Positions 34,431 to 43,717 of a stretch of DNA of 64,000 nt are shown here, piece after piece. Source of the stretch: Dehalococcoidia bacterium (GTDB lineage: Bacteria; Chloroflexota; Dehalococcoidia; Bin125). The translations under genes were made by a program, and so were the position numbers. Within the stretch, counting starts at the first letter, position 1, and each line of letters begins with the position of its first letter. The notes beneath the pieces are model-generated. The model was not told where the DNA came from. It saw nothing but the letters and a program-made list of their open reading frames with translations, and searched no databases. Location of the stretch: positions 339,294-403,293 of the forward strand of contig OZ242037.1 in assembly GCA_965205165.1 (NCBI GenBank). Reading direction: 5' to 3'.

Positions 34431-35108
34431 ATGAGCACGACCGAGGATGCGCAACGGCTGGCCGAACTGACCGAACAGATCGCTGAACACGAGCGGACTG
34501 TCCGGCAGCTCAAAGCAGAGAAAGATGCATTGCTCAACCAGCTCCACCCGGCGTTCAACGACGATCTCTACTCGGAGATCGATTTCGGCGACGGCAAGTT
34601 GGTGCGTACATCCCGCTTGGGCGTGGTTACGTACCGCGGCGGCACGCCGGAGCGGGCTGAGCAGATTCAGGCGTTTCAAGCGTGCGCGGAGACCTCGCAT
34701 CTCATAGAGGCTTACCTGCCGTGGTGGACGTTGCGATCTTGGATCGAGTCGACCGTCGGCGACGATGTCGCATCCGAGTGCTTCCGGTACTCCGACGAGG
34801 AACTTGGGCAAGCCGTCGAACAAGCGATGCCGCCGGAGCTGGTTGGCGTAGTCGAGCCGAGGCGCAAAGCGTCGGTGAAAGTGGTGCGCGCAGGCGGGCG
34901 GACCCGGAATACGAAGCGGCGGCTCTACAGCGAACAGAGCGGGCGCTGCGCGGAGTGCAAGCGCGAGATCCCATTCGACCTGCTGGAGCAGGACCACCGC
35001 TACCCGAAATCGCGCGGCGGCCCGAACACGGAGGCGAACACGCAGCTCCTGTGCGGCACCTGCAACAAGCGCAAGGGAGATCGGCTGCCGGAGGAGATCG
35101 AAGATTAG
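34431..35108 (+). CDS. HNH endonuclease domain protein with coiled-coil N-terminal region
   Basis: 225 aa. GGAGG lies upstream of the ATG. The C-terminal CAECKREIPFDLLEQDHRYPKSRGGPNTEANTQLLCGTCNKRKGD is an HNH motif. Third-codon positions are visibly more A/T than in glcE. Confidence 0.85.
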   Translation: MSTTEDAQRLAELTEQIAEHERTVRQLKAEKDALLNQLHPAFNDDLYSEIDFGDGKLVRTSRLGVVTYRGGTPERAEQIQAFQACAETSHLIEAYLPWWTLRSWIESTVGDDVASECFRYSDEELGQAVEQAMPPELVGVVEPRRKASVKVVRAGGRTRNTKRRLYSEQSGRCAECKREIPFDLLEQDHRYPKSRGGPNTEANTQLLCGTCNKRKGDRLPEEIED

Positions 35109-37102
35109 TCGGCGCTGAGCCAGGTGCGCTCGAGTTGCTTGGCTTGTTGGACTGGATCGTGGGCGAAGGCGGTGATGACTAGGTTGTGGACGTGGGGGCG
35201 GCGCATGTGGAGGCCGTAGCGGTTGATCAGGTGGACGGTTTCCATCAGCTCGGCTCGGCGCAGGCGGAGCGCTTCCAGGACTTGCGATCGTTCGGCTGGA
35301 TCGATGGTGCGACGCTGCCGCTGCCAGAGTTCGGCGACGAGCGGGTCTTCCGTGTCTTGGCGATGCTGCACGTCGGGCGCTACATACGTCGTCGGGTCGC
35401 AGGTGACGGGGTACAAAGCGGACGCATCGGAGAGCGCGAGGTTCGCGTCGGGGACGGCCAAAAACTCGTTGCCGCTCTCGGAGTTGAAGTGAAGCTCGTA
35501 TTGGTCAAGATCAGTCGCGGCCGTCAGCGGAGCGGCGCGGATGATGCCGGCGGAGGATGTGCTCAACGCATCGGCGAGGTATCCGATGCGCGTGAACGCG
35601 CCGGGGGTGCGGAGGCCGCGGCCGAGGGAGCCGGGGAGCAGTGACAGCCGGAGCGGATGCTGGGGCGAGTAGCCGGCGGCGGCGAGCAGATCCTGCACCT
35701 CTTGGGGCTGGTGCCGGTAGGACGGCCCGAGCGCTTCCCGCGGCCATGGCCATTCGCGGAAGCCGCCGGCCTCGTCTTCCACGAGCGTCCAGTTCATGCC
35801 GCAGTCGGGGGCGGCGAGGCCGTCCTCCCATTGCCCTGCGAGCAGCTTGCGGTCGACGGCCATCGAAACGGCGCGGCGGACTCGCGGGTCGGAGATCGGC
35901 TGCTTGACGCTGCGGGGAAACTCAAGCGCCCAACCTCGACCAGGGATGGGCACCGCGACTTGGGCGACTGCGCCGGGGATGTTTTCGAGCGAAGCGACGA
36001 CCTCGCCCGGGTGGCTCAGGGCGGCAGCATCGAAGATGCCTCCCAGCCATTGATCCCAAGCATCCACGGGCACGGCGCACTCGCGGCTGCTGCCATCCTC
36101 CACGCGCAGTCCGCCGCGGACGCCGCCCACGTGCGGGAGCGGACGCCCGGCCGCGTCCCGCTTGAAGTAGTCGGGCGACCGGGCGAAACGCCAGGGGTTG
36201 CGCGGGCCGCTCCACTCCGCGACACGGAAGGGCCCGGTGCCGGGCGGGCCGGCAAAGGGATCGGAGGGATCCCAACCGGGCGGCGTGATGAGGTGATCGG
36301 CCGCGGTCATGGACGGCAGCAGAGAGGCGTCGGGTTCGGACAGCGAGAAGGTCAGGGTGCGGGCATCGTCGTCCGCCGCGATGCCCGCGACGGCCCGATA
36401 AGCAGCGGATTGACGCTGGCCGCGCCCGCGGTAGGCCTCGTGTACGGCGGCCGCGTCGGTCGCCGTCAGCGGCCCGCCCGGGCCGCCATCCCGCTCGGGC
36501 CAGCGGAGGCCGTCGCGGAGCGTGAAGACGATCGTCGCGGCATCAGGCGCTTCCCAATGCTCGGCGAGATCGCCCTCGACGACGGCGCGATGCGCATCGA
36601 TGCCGTCGCCTGCGGAGAGGACGATGAGCTGGCCGTGCAGCAGCGGCAGCAGCGCCGCCGGGGCGAGCGCGGCCGTCTGCGCCCACGCGGTCTCCGCACC
36701 GGCGTTCAGCGCGATGTCCCGCTCGCGGGGCGCGACGGCCCGTTGCTGCGGCAAGGTTCGCCAGTGGTAGCGCTCGCGCCAAACCTCGGGATCGGCAAGG
36801 ACGCGGTCGGCCGTGTCGGTGGCGCCGCCAACCTGAAAAGATGGGCGCGTACACCAGTTCGTGACGACCATCCCCGGAGTTCGTCGTGCGGGCAGCGGGG
36901 CAATCGGCTCAACGGCGTCGGCGTCGGCTTGCCGGTCTTGCTGCTGGCGGCGCGGCGCTGGCGAATGTGCTTCATCGGAAGCGCGTTGCTCCGGGCTGTT
37001 GTACGTCTCGGGCGAGGCGCAGCCGACGAGGGCGATTCCGGCAACGCCAACGCCGGCACGGACGGCGCGCCGGATCAGCTCACGGCGGGAGTGGGCTGGC
37101 AT
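35105..37102 (-). CDS. ABC-transporter solute-binding protein, family 5 (peptide/nickel type), Tat-lipoprotein signal
   Basis: ATG at 37102 gives MPAHSRRELIRRAVRAGVGVAGIALVGCAS, a twin-arginine motif plus a lipobox. The body is typical of SBP_bac_5 in length and composition. The track start at 37177 is an alternative. Confidence 0.75.
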   Translation of the reverse strand: MPAHSRRELIRRAVRAGVGVAGIALVGCASPETYNSPEQRASDEAHSPAPRRQQQDRQADADAVEPIAPLPARRTPGMVVTNWCTRPSFQVGGATDTADRVLADPEVWRERYHWRTLPQQRAVAPRERDIALNAGAETAWAQTAALAPAALLPLLHGQLIVLSAGDGIDAHRAVVEGDLAEHWEAPDAATIVFTLRDGLRWPERDGGPGGPLTATDAAAVHEAYRGRGQRQSAAYRAVAGIAADDDARTLTFSLSEPDASLLPSMTAADHLITPPGWDPSDPFAGPPGTGPFRVAEWSGPRNPWRFARSPDYFKRDAAGRPLPHVGGVRGGLRVEDGSSRECAVPVDAWDQWLGGIFDAAALSHPGEVVASLENIPGAVAQVAVPIPGRGWALEFPRSVKQPISDPRVRRAVSMAVDRKLLAGQWEDGLAAPDCGMNWTLVEDEAGGFREWPWPREALGPSYRHQPQEVQDLLAAAGYSPQHPLRLSLLPGSLGRGLRTPGAFTRIGYLADALSTSSAGIIRAAPLTAATDLDQYELHFNSESGNEFLAVPDANLALSDASALYPVTCDPTTYVAPDVQHRQDTEDPLVAELWQRQRRTIDPAERSQVLEALRLRRAELMETVHLINRYGLHMRRPHVHNLVITAFAHDPVQQAKQLERTWLSAD

Positions 37103-37250
37103 GGGAACCGCACCGCCTCGTCCTGAATGCCCGTCCGATCCGGGCTGAAGGTAATCGTTGGCCGCGGCGGTCGACAACGGCGAACGCCTGCCGTTGCAGC
37201 CGCGAAATCCGGCGGAGCGACCGCGGGGGCGGGGCGCGTAGACTCGCGCC

Positions 37251-38591
37251 GTGAGCCATGCACCGCCCGTGATCGGGGAATCGCTGTTCGTTTCGGGGGA
37301 TCGCCCGGATGAGGGCGAGCTGGGGCTGTGCGTGCATTGCGGGTTCTGCTTGAACGCTTGCCCGACCTACCTGGATTTGGGGGTGGAGCCGGATTCGCCG
37401 CGGGGGCGGATCGCGCTGATGCGGGCGCTGGACACGGGGCGGATCGACTGGACGGAGCGGGTGCAGCAGCACTTCGACCAGTGCTTGCAGTGCCGCGCCT
37501 GCGAGACGGCCTGCCCGTCGAAGGTGCCGTACGGGCGGCTGATGGAGGCGACGCGGGCGGAGGCGTTTTCGCAGCGGCGCTGGCCGCGGCGGCAGCGGCT
37601 GATCTGGCGGCTGGTGATGCGGGGCCTGTTTCCCTCGCCGCGGCGTCTGCGCTTGGCGTTCCGGCTCTTGCAGGCGCATCAGCGGACGGGGATGCAGGCG
37701 CTGCTGCGGCGGAGCGGGGCGCTGCGGCTGCTGCCGCGCAGGCTGCGCGAGGTCGAGGCGATGGCGCCGGACGTGCGGGGACCGTTCTTCGGCAACCGCG
37801 AGGCGTCCGCGGTTCCGGCCGCGGAGCCGGCGCGCGGCTCGGCGGCGCTGGTGACCGGCTGCATCATGCCGCTGGCGTTCCCCGAAACGCATCGGGCGAC
37901 GGTGCGGGTGTTCGCGCGGAACGGGGTGCGGATGTCGGCGCCGGAGGCGCAGGTCTGCTGCGGGGCGCTGCACGCGCACGGCGGGGATGTCGAGCAGGCG
38001 CGGGCGCTGGCGCGGAAGAACATCGCGGCGTTCATGCCGGAGGGGGAAAAACCGCCGGACGCGATCCTGATCAACGCGGCCGGCTGCGGGTCGCACCTGA
38101 AGGAGTACGGGCATCTACTGCGGGACGATGCGGAGTGGGCCGAGCGGGCGGCGGCGTTCGCGGAGCGGGTGCGGGACGTACACGAGTACTTGGTCGGGAT
38201 CGGCTTCGAGCCGCCGACGGGGCGGATCGAGCGGTCGGTCACCTATCAGGATTCTTGCCACCTCTCGCATGCGCAGGGGGTGCGCAAGCCGCCGCGCGAG
38301 ATTCTGCGGGCGATTCCCGGGCTGACGCTGCGGGAGATGCGGACGCCGGATCGCTGCTGCGGCAGCGCGGGGCTGTATTCGGCGGTGCAGCCGGAGATTT
38401 CGAAGCGGGTGCTGGCGGAGAAGATGGAGGACGTGCTGGGCACCGGCGCGGAGCAGGTCTGCACGGCCAATCCGGGCTGCATGATGCAGCTGGACCAGGG
38501 GCTGGCGCGGTTCGATGCGGAGGGCGTGATGCTGCCCCGCAGCGCCCACGCGATCGAGCTGCTGGACGAGGCCTACCGCCGGAACGGGTAG
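37251..38591 (+). CDS. glcF: glycolate oxidase iron-sulfur subunit GlcF
   Basis: 446 aa with two ferredoxin-type Cys clusters (CVHCGFCLNACP, CLQCRACETACP) and two CCG domains (CCGSAG, NPGCMMQL). Confidence 0.9.
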   Translation: MSHAPPVIGESLFVSGDRPDEGELGLCVHCGFCLNACPTYLDLGVEPDSPRGRIALMRALDTGRIDWTERVQQHFDQCLQCRACETACPSKVPYGRLMEATRAEAFSQRRWPRRQRLIWRLVMRGLFPSPRRLRLAFRLLQAHQRTGMQALLRRSGALRLLPRRLREVEAMAPDVRGPFFGNREASAVPAAEPARGSAALVTGCIMPLAFPETHRATVRVFARNGVRMSAPEAQVCCGALHAHGGDVEQARALARKNIAAFMPEGEKPPDAILINAAGCGSHLKEYGHLLRDDAEWAERAAAFAERVRDVHEYLVGIGFEPPTGRIERSVTYQDSCHLSHAQGVRKPPREILRAIPGLTLREMRTPDRCCGSAGLYSAVQPEISKRVLAEKMEDVLGTGAEQVCTANPGCMMQLDQGLARFDAEGVMLPRSAHAIELLDEAYRRNG

Positions 38592-38629
38592 CCTGCGCGG
38601 GCGAAGCGCAGCGAGCCTAGGAGGGCGGC

Positions 38630-39469
38630 ATGGGACAGTTCCACAAGGTGCGGGTCGGCGACGTCGAGCTCATCTCGGTGCAGGATTCGTGGACGGCGGT
38701 GCCGCCGACGGGCTTCTTCAACAAGACCCAGGAGAGCGATTGGGAGCAGTACGCCGAGCTGCTCGACGAGGACGGCAACATCGTCCTCAACTTCGGCTGC
38801 TGGGTGATCGCCAGCCAGGGCAAGACGATCCTGGTGGACACGGGGATGGGCCCGCGCCCGATGATGCTGCCGCTGAAGGAGCCGGCCGCGCTGCCGGAGG
38901 TGCTGGCCGAGGCCGGCGCGCCGGCGTCGGAGATCGACGTGGTCGCCTTCACCCACCTGCATTTCGACCACACCGGCTGGAACGCGCCCGACGTCGACGG
39001 CAGCCCCAAGCCGCTGTTCGCCAACGCGCGGCACGTGATCCAGCAGGCCGAATGGGACTACTGGACGAGCACCGACGAGCTGCGCGAGGGCGCCCAATAC
39101 GGCAACGCCCTGGCCCCCGTGCTCGACGCCGGCCTGATCGATTTCGTCGAGGGCGAGCACCCCCTGACCGACGAGGTCGTCACCTTCCCCACCCCCGGCC
39201 ACACCCCCGGCCACGTCAGCTTCGTCGTCCAAAGCGGCAACGAGCGGGTCTACGTGATCGGCGACGCCGCCCACCACATGGTGCAGCTCTCCGAAACCGA
39301 CTGGTGCCCCGGCGCCGACGTGGATTTCGTCGAAAGCACGAAGAGCCGCCACATGCTCTTCGACCGCATCGAATCCGAGAACGCGCAGATAGCGAGCGGC
39401 CACTTCAAGTACCCCGGCCTCGGCCGCGCCGCAAGGCGCAACGGCACCCGCGTCTACGAGCCGGCCTAG
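38630..39469 (+). CDS. MBL-fold metallo-hydrolase (lactonase-like)
   Basis: 279 aa with FTHLHFDHTGW, a metallo-beta-lactamase HxHxDH motif, and a downstream GHTPGH. Confidence 0.85.
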   Translation: MGQFHKVRVGDVELISVQDSWTAVPPTGFFNKTQESDWEQYAELLDEDGNIVLNFGCWVIASQGKTILVDTGMGPRPMMLPLKEPAALPEVLAEAGAPASEIDVVAFTHLHFDHTGWNAPDVDGSPKPLFANARHVIQQAEWDYWTSTDELREGAQYGNALAPVLDAGLIDFVEGEHPLTDEVVTFPTPGHTPGHVSFVVQSGNERVYVIGDAAHHMVQLSETDWCPGADVDFVESTKSRHMLFDRIESENAQIASGHFKYPGLGRAARRNGTRVYEPA

Positions 39470-39506
39470 CCGGTGTGCATACAGCACCGGGGTATCTCGC
39501 TACCTT

Positions 39507-39527
39507 GGCGTTTGCAACAGAAACGCC
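39507..39527. terminator. hairpin between the convergent MBL hydrolase and NYN genes
   Basis: GGCGTTT-gcaacag-AAACGCC is a 7-bp stem in the 80-nt convergent intergenic region. It could act in both directions. Confidence 0.35.
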
Positions 39528-39549
39528 CCCTTCCTAACCGGCATGGCGC

Positions 39550-40518
39550 TCAGGCGGTGAGGGCGGGGATGTGGGCGGCTATGTCCACGTAGCGGTCGGC
39601 TACTTGGCGGAGGTCGCTGCTGGTGGATTGGCCGAAGGCCATGACTTCCACGCGGACGCCTCGGGAGCCTACGATTTCGACTAGGCGGCGGAAGTCGCCG
39701 TCGCCGGAGACGAGGACGATGACGTCGATGCGGTCGGCCATTGTCAATACGTCGATGGCGAGTTCTACGTCGAAGTTGGCTTTGACGCTGCCGCCGGTGA
39801 AGCGCTTGAGGGGCTTGGTGGCGATGCGGTAGCCGTGTTCGATGAAGGGGACGACGAAGCGTTCGTTTTCGGTGCGGGCCTGGGGGTCGTCGGAGATGGG
39901 GGCGTAGGCGATGGCGCGGACGAGGGTGCGCCCGCGTGCGAGGAAGTCGGCGACTTTGCCCCAGTCGAGGCGGACGCCGGAGGCTTCGGCGGCGTAGAGG
40001 ATGTTGGGGACGTCGACGAAGATGGCGAGGCGGGGGAGGACTTCGACCTGGGCCTTGGCGGCGGCATCGCCGGTGTTGCCGGCGAGCAGGGCTTCGGTGA
40101 GGCGGGCCTGCGATTCGGCGAGCTTGGCGATGGCCTGCTGCTGTTCGCCGAGGATCGCGGCCTGGCGGTCGAGCACCTCGAGCAGCGCCGCTTGGTCGAC
40201 GGGGGCCGCCGGGTCTTCGGCGGCGCGGCGTCCCGGCCCGCGCCGGGGCTTGGCCTCGGGCTTGGGCTCGTCCCGGCCGGCGGAGGTCGCGGGGTCTTCG
40301 GCGGCGCGGCGGCCGAACGCGCGCTTGGGCTTGGCTTCGTCCCGGCCGCGAGAGCGGCGCGGGGGAGCGTCGTCGGGCAGCTTGGGCGGCGCGGGCGTCT
40401 CGGCCTGGGGCTTGCGCCCGCGACTTGGGGCGGGCGGGCGGCGGCGGGATTGCGGGCGCGCGGCGGGCGCGGGATCGGGGGCGTCGTCGGCGCTGCCGCG
40501 CCGCAGGAATCGGCTCAT
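39550..40518 (-). CDS. NYN (LabA/DUF88, PIN-like) domain protein with Arg/Pro-rich disordered N-terminal region
   Basis: ATG at 40518. The C-terminal half (LAIFVDVPNILYAA...DVELAIDVLTMADRIDVIVLVSGDGDFRRLVE...GVRVEVMAF) is typical of NYN. The N-terminal ~130 aa is low complexity with a duplicated GRRAAEDPA segment. Confidence 0.8.
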   Translation of the reverse strand: MSRFLRRGSADDAPDPAPAARPQSRRRPPAPSRGRKPQAETPAPPKLPDDAPPRRSRGRDEAKPKRAFGRRAAEDPATSAGRDEPKPEAKPRRGPGRRAAEDPAAPVDQAALLEVLDRQAAILGEQQQAIAKLAESQARLTEALLAGNTGDAAAKAQVEVLPRLAIFVDVPNILYAAEASGVRLDWGKVADFLARGRTLVRAIAYAPISDDPQARTENERFVVPFIEHGYRIATKPLKRFTGGSVKANFDVELAIDVLTMADRIDVIVLVSGDGDFRRLVEIVGSRGVRVEVMAFGQSTSSDLRQVADRYVDIAAHIPALTA

Positions 40519-40535
40519 GGGGTTCTTCCTTCTGG

Positions 40536-41690
40536 TCAGATGATGGAGCGCGGGCGGTCTTGGCCGCCCTGGGGCGCGCCAGCGGCGGGTGAGGCCTGGG
40601 GGCCGGGGGCCGCCGGCGCGGCGGTGAGCGGGATCGTCGGCGCTTGCAACAGCGCGCCGGCGGCGGCCTTGACGGCGACCTTGGCCGCGAGCGAGGCGAA
40701 GGCCAGCGCGACGGGGTGATCGGGTTCGGCTTCGACGATGGGACGCCCGTTGTCGCCGCCGGCGCGGACTTCGGCGGCGAGAGGGACTTCCTCGAGGAAG
40801 TCGATCTCGAGGTCGTCGGCGGCCGCGGCCGCGCCGCCGTGGCCGAAGATCTCGTGCCGGTCGCCGGTGCCCGGGGCGATGAAGTAGGACATGTTCTCGA
40901 CGATGCCGAAGACGGGGACGTCGAGCTTCTCGAACATGGCGACGGCCTTGGAGGCGTCTTCGAGCGCGACCTGCTGGGGGGTGGAGACGATCACCGCGCC
41001 GGCGAGGGGGGCGTCCTGGGCGAGGGACATGGAGGCGTCGCTGGTGCCGGGCGGGAGGTCGACGAGCATGTAGTCGATCTCGCCCCATTGGACGTCGTGG
41101 AGCAGCTGGCGGATGGCGGAGCCGATCATGGGCCCGCGCCAGACGACGGGCGCACCGGCCGGGAGCAGGAAGCCGAGCGAGATCAGCTTGACGCCGAAGC
41201 GCTCGACCGGGTGCAGTCCCTGCTCGCTCTGCTGCTGGAAGCCGGCGGGCAGGCCGAACATCGTGGGCAGGTTGGGGCCGGTCGCGTCGGCGTCGATCAG
41301 GCCGACGCTCGCGCCGGAGGCGGCGAGGGCGACGGCGAGGTTGGAGGAGACGGTGGACTTGCCGACGCCGCCCTTGTTGGAGGCGACGGCGATGATCGCC
41401 TTGACGCCGGGGATGGCGGCCTGCTGGCCGGCGCCCTCCCAAGCGGGGACGTTGACGGCGTACTCGAAGGCGAGGCTGGACGCGCCGAGCGGCTCGAGGG
41501 CCTCGGCGATGCGCCGCTCGAGCTCCTCGCGCTCGGAGTAGCCGTGGACGGGCAGGGTGATTTCGAGGGCGGCGGAGTCGCCGTCGACGCGCGCGCCGCC
41601 GTACATGCGGAGCGAGACGAGGTCGCGCTGGAGCAGGGGATCGCGGACGGAGCGCAGGGCGGTCTGGATCGACTTGGGGTCGAGGGTCAT
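40536..41690 (-). CDS. Mrp/NBP35/ApbC-family Fe-S cluster carrier ATPase with N-terminal DUF59 (MIP18) domain
   Basis: Preferred ATG at 41690 (MTLDPKSIQTALRSVRDPLLQRDLVSL), which gives the DUF59 domain. The P-loop is IAVASNKGGVGKSTVSSNLA. The track start at 41792 is an alternative. Confidence 0.85.
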   Translation of the reverse strand: MTLDPKSIQTALRSVRDPLLQRDLVSLRMYGGARVDGDSAALEITLPVHGYSEREELERRIAEALEPLGASSLAFEYAVNVPAWEGAGQQAAIPGVKAIIAVASNKGGVGKSTVSSNLAVALAASGASVGLIDADATGPNLPTMFGLPAGFQQQSEQGLHPVERFGVKLISLGFLLPAGAPVVWRGPMIGSAIRQLLHDVQWGEIDYMLVDLPPGTSDASMSLAQDAPLAGAVIVSTPQQVALEDASKAVAMFEKLDVPVFGIVENMSYFIAPGTGDRHEIFGHGGAAAAADDLEIDFLEEVPLAAEVRAGGDNGRPIVEAEPDHPVALAFASLAAKVAVKAAAGALLQAPTIPLTAAPAAPGPQASPAAGAPQGGQDRPRSII

Positions 41691-42029
41691 GGGAGATTCC
41701 GAGGAGTCGGGCCGGGATCGCTGACGGAATCGCCTCCAGACCATCGCTTCACTCCGTGAGCCTACCTTAGTGGCTGGCGGCGGATGCGCCACCTGATCGG
41801 GCGCGGAACGGGGGAACGGGGGCGCGGAAGTTGCGGGATTCGGGGGAATTGGGGCGACAAGAGGCGCGTTATCGGCCCGTTACGTGTCGTGCTTTACAGA
41901 GGGCGCGGAAACACGGCGTTTACGTGTTGCCCTTGCAGGGCGCAACTGCATAGTGTTGGCGGAACGAGAACGACGAGGCCGCGCCCGGCCCGGAAGGGGT
42001 ACGGGGCGCGGAGTTCTCAGGAGGATCCG

Positions 42030-42278
42030 ATGGCCACGAAGACTGCCAGCCGCCGCCGCAAGCGGACCGTCGCGCCCGCCGAGGGGAAGCAGCACATCCA
42101 CCACTGGATGATCGCGCCGCCGAACGGGCCGGTGTCGATCGGGGAGTGCTCGTGCGGAGAGACGCGGGAGTTCCGCAACTCGACGGACGACTCGATCTGG
42201 GACCGGAGCGAGGGCCGCTCGCGCTGGAACGACATGGGCGTGTCGCGCCGGCGCAAGACCGAGGGCGAGAGCAACTAG
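42030..42278 (+). CDS. small basic hypothetical protein (82 aa)
   Basis: ATG at 42030 follows CAGGAGGAT. Sequence: MATKTASRRRKRTVAPAEGKQHIHHWMIAPPNGPVSIGECSCGETREF... A hairpin follows it. Confidence 0.55.
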   Translation: MATKTASRRRKRTVAPAEGKQHIHHWMIAPPNGPVSIGECSCGETREFRNSTDDSIWDRSEGRSRWNDMGVSRRRKTEGESN

Positions 42279-42309
42279 CCCTCTTCCAGCCAGCCGCCGA
42301 ACCAGCAGG

Positions 42310-42336
42310 ACCGGCGCCGCCCGTGGCGGTGCCGGT
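42310..42336 (+). terminator. GC-rich hairpin downstream of the 82-aa ORF
   Basis: ACCGGCGCCGCC-cgt-GGCGGTGCCGGT forms a 12-bp stem with one G-U pair. It lies 32 nt after the stop and is followed only by CTTCG, so the U tract is weak. Confidence 0.4.
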
Positions 42337-42498
42337 CTTCGCGTGCCCTGCGGGGCCGCGCTCTCCCCTCGTGCGCCTCTGGCTTGAGAAGGTCGGAAAC
42401 CAGGCGAAACCGCCGTAAACTTTGGATAAGTCCCGGGCTTCAAGGTTGGACAGATCGCTGGTGCAAGCGGAAAATGGCGTAAACCGAGATAAACTCTC

Positions 42499-42504
42499 TA
42501 TAAT
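42499..42504 (+). promoter_or_regulatory. perfect TATAAT -10 hexamer 6 nt upstream of the GTG start of the AAA ATPase gene (possible leaderless transcript)
   Basis: Sequence ctcTATAATaggctcGTG sits within the AT-richest stretch of the area (42420..42510). No Shine-Dalgarno sequence fits between the hexamer and the start codon. I found no convincing -35. Confidence 0.35.
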
Positions 42505-42510
42505 AGGCTC

Positions 42511-43689
42511 GTGAATCCAGTTGATAATCCATACACGCCGGGTGCGGGGAAACCACCGCGGGAGTTGGCGGGGCGCCGCGAGGTGCTGGAGGCGGTGAGG
42601 ATCGAGCTGGCCCGGCAGGCGGCGGGAGGCGCGAGCAAAAGCACGCTGCTGGTGGGCTTGCGGGGCGTGGGGAAAACGGTGCTGCTGAACCGAATTCGGG
42701 AAACGGCGGCAGCGGAGGGGATCGTCGCGGTGCAGGTGGAGGCGGAGGAGGGCCGGACGCTGCCGGCGATGCTCGCACCGCAGTTGCGCAGCGCACTCAT
42801 CCAGCTCTCCCGGATTGAGGCGGCGCGGGCGTTGGCGCAATCGGCGCTGCGCGTGCTGCGCGGTTTCGCCGCGACTTGGACGGTTTCGGTCGGTGGCGTC
42901 GAGATCCAGCACATCGCACCCGAACCGGGCGTTGCGGACAGCGGCGATCTCGAACAGGACCTGCGAGATCTGTTCGATGCGGCCGGGCGAGCGGCGCAAT
43001 CGGCAGGGACGGCGGTGGCGATCTTCATCGATGAGATGCAGGGCGTGTCGAAGCGCGAGCTGGGGCCGCTGATCGGGACGATGCACCAAGCATCGCAGCG
43101 GGCACTGCCGATCAACCTGGTGGGGGCGGGGCTGCCGCAGATCCGGCGCAACGTGGGGGATGCCAGGTCGTACGCGGAGCGGATGTTCAACATCCCGGAG
43201 ATCGGGCCGCTCGCGCAGACGGATGCGGAAGGCGCGTTGTGCAAGCCGGCAGCGGCGCTGGGAGTGGAGTTCGAACCGGACGCGGTGGCTCGCGTCGTCG
43301 AGCGGTCGCAGGGGTATCCGTACTTCCTCCAAGAGTGGGGCAAGCACATCTGGGAAGTGGCGGAGCGTTCGCCGATCTCAACGGCGGATGTCGAGCATGC
43401 AGCAGCAGGCGTCGTCAAGGAGTTGGACCGCAGCTTCTTTCTGTCGCGGCTGGATCGGATCACGCCGGTGCAGCGGATGTACCTGCGGGCGATGGCGGAG
43501 CTGGGGCCCGGGCCGCACCGATCCGGCGACGTCGCCGAACGGCTCGGCCGCAGCGTGACCTCGGTCAGCCCGATTCGGGCGCAACTGATCTCGAAGGGGA
43601 TGATCTGGAGTCCGGCGCACGGCGGGACGGCGTTCACCGTGCCGCTGTTCGACGAGTACCTGATGCGGTCGGGCCCGGAGCTCGAGTGA
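42511..43689 (+). CDS. AAA-type ATP-binding protein (Arch_ATPase/AAA_16-like) with probable C-terminal winged-helix
   Basis: 392 aa (GTG start). N-terminal NPYTPGAGKPPRELAGRREVLE followed by the Walker A LLVGLRGVGKTVLL, and a Walker B-like AIFIDEMQ. Confidence 0.75.
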   Translation: MNPVDNPYTPGAGKPPRELAGRREVLEAVRIELARQAAGGASKSTLLVGLRGVGKTVLLNRIRETAAAEGIVAVQVEAEEGRTLPAMLAPQLRSALIQLSRIEAARALAQSALRVLRGFAATWTVSVGGVEIQHIAPEPGVADSGDLEQDLRDLFDAAGRAAQSAGTAVAIFIDEMQGVSKRELGPLIGTMHQASQRALPINLVGAGLPQIRRNVGDARSYAERMFNIPEIGPLAQTDAEGALCKPAAALGVEFEPDAVARVVERSQGYPYFLQEWGKHIWEVAERSPISTADVEHAAAGVVKELDRSFFLSRLDRITPVQRMYLRAMAELGPGPHRSGDVAERLGRSVTSVSPIRAQLISKGMIWSPAHGGTAFTVPLFDEYLMRSGPELE

Positions 43690-43717
43690 TCCCGGCGCGG
43701 CGCTACCCTGCATCCCG

